Assembly (NCBI GenBank): GCA_900321795.1
Contig: ONXO01000082.1
Location: forward strand, 1-33,154
Length of the DNA: 33,154 nt
From: an uncultured Eubacteriales bacterium
GTDB taxonomy: Bacteria; Bacillota_I; Bacilli_A; RF39; UBA660
Direction of reading: 5' to 3'
The notes under the pieces are model-generated. The model was not told where the DNA came from. It worked only from the letters and a program-made list of their open reading frames with translations, and made no database searches. How positions within the stretch are numbered: the first letter of the stretch is position 1; each line of letters starts with the position of its first letter. Of the stretch, positions 33,137-33,154 are shown one piece after another. The translations under genes and the position numbers were made by a program.

Positions 33137-33154
33137 TCTAAAAAATAATCTCCG

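Noticed and set aside
1-33154. CRISPR arrays, IS elements, integrases, prophage or conjugative modules, rRNA.
   Set aside because: I saw no regularly spaced direct repeats, no transposase, recombinase or RT-like ORF, and no terminal inverted repeats. The only tandem repeats are coding repeats inside the surface protein gene.

Overview
Very AT-rich chromosomal segment (about 25-30% GC by eye, not computed). It most plausibly comes from a low-GC, spore-forming Firmicute of the Clostridia type, judging by a cotJ spore-coat operon, an SLH-anchored surface protein and a tsaE/tsaB/rimI/tsaD cluster. I can support about 40 protein genes, nearly all on the minus strand, plus two tRNAs (Cys-GCA on the minus strand, Asn-GTT on the plus strand). 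There are also two pseudogenes, several Rho-independent terminators and several sigma-A-like promoters. Housekeeping content: dinB, priA, tsaEBD-rimI, a P-type Ca2+-ATPase, a GH25 muramidase, a MarR-regulated MacB-like ABC exporter, an SDR, and flavodoxin-like and HAD-like proteins. I found no rRNA, CRISPR array, transposase, integrase, reverse transcriptase or phage structural genes, and no slam-dunk novel system. The best leads, in order: (1) an unannotated 21-codon ORF with an ideal SD, co-transcribed with an ABC-2 exporter pair in a terminator-insulated unit (30.1-31.8 kb). (2) A decaying class-I Fic toxin beside an intact VbhA-type antitoxin (19.8-20.6 kb). (3) A 54-nt promoter/5'UTR cassette, 48/54 identical, duplicated in front of two cell-envelope genes 10 kb apart, with a T8 tract in the -35/-10 spacer. 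(4) A five-gene envelope cluster of unknown function containing a DsbA-like CPHC thioredoxin (12.1-16.1 kb). (5) A stand-alone D1-only Clp-like AAA+ ATPase. (6) An apparent CotJA-CotJB fusion. All functional calls rest on motif recognition from memory, not database searches.
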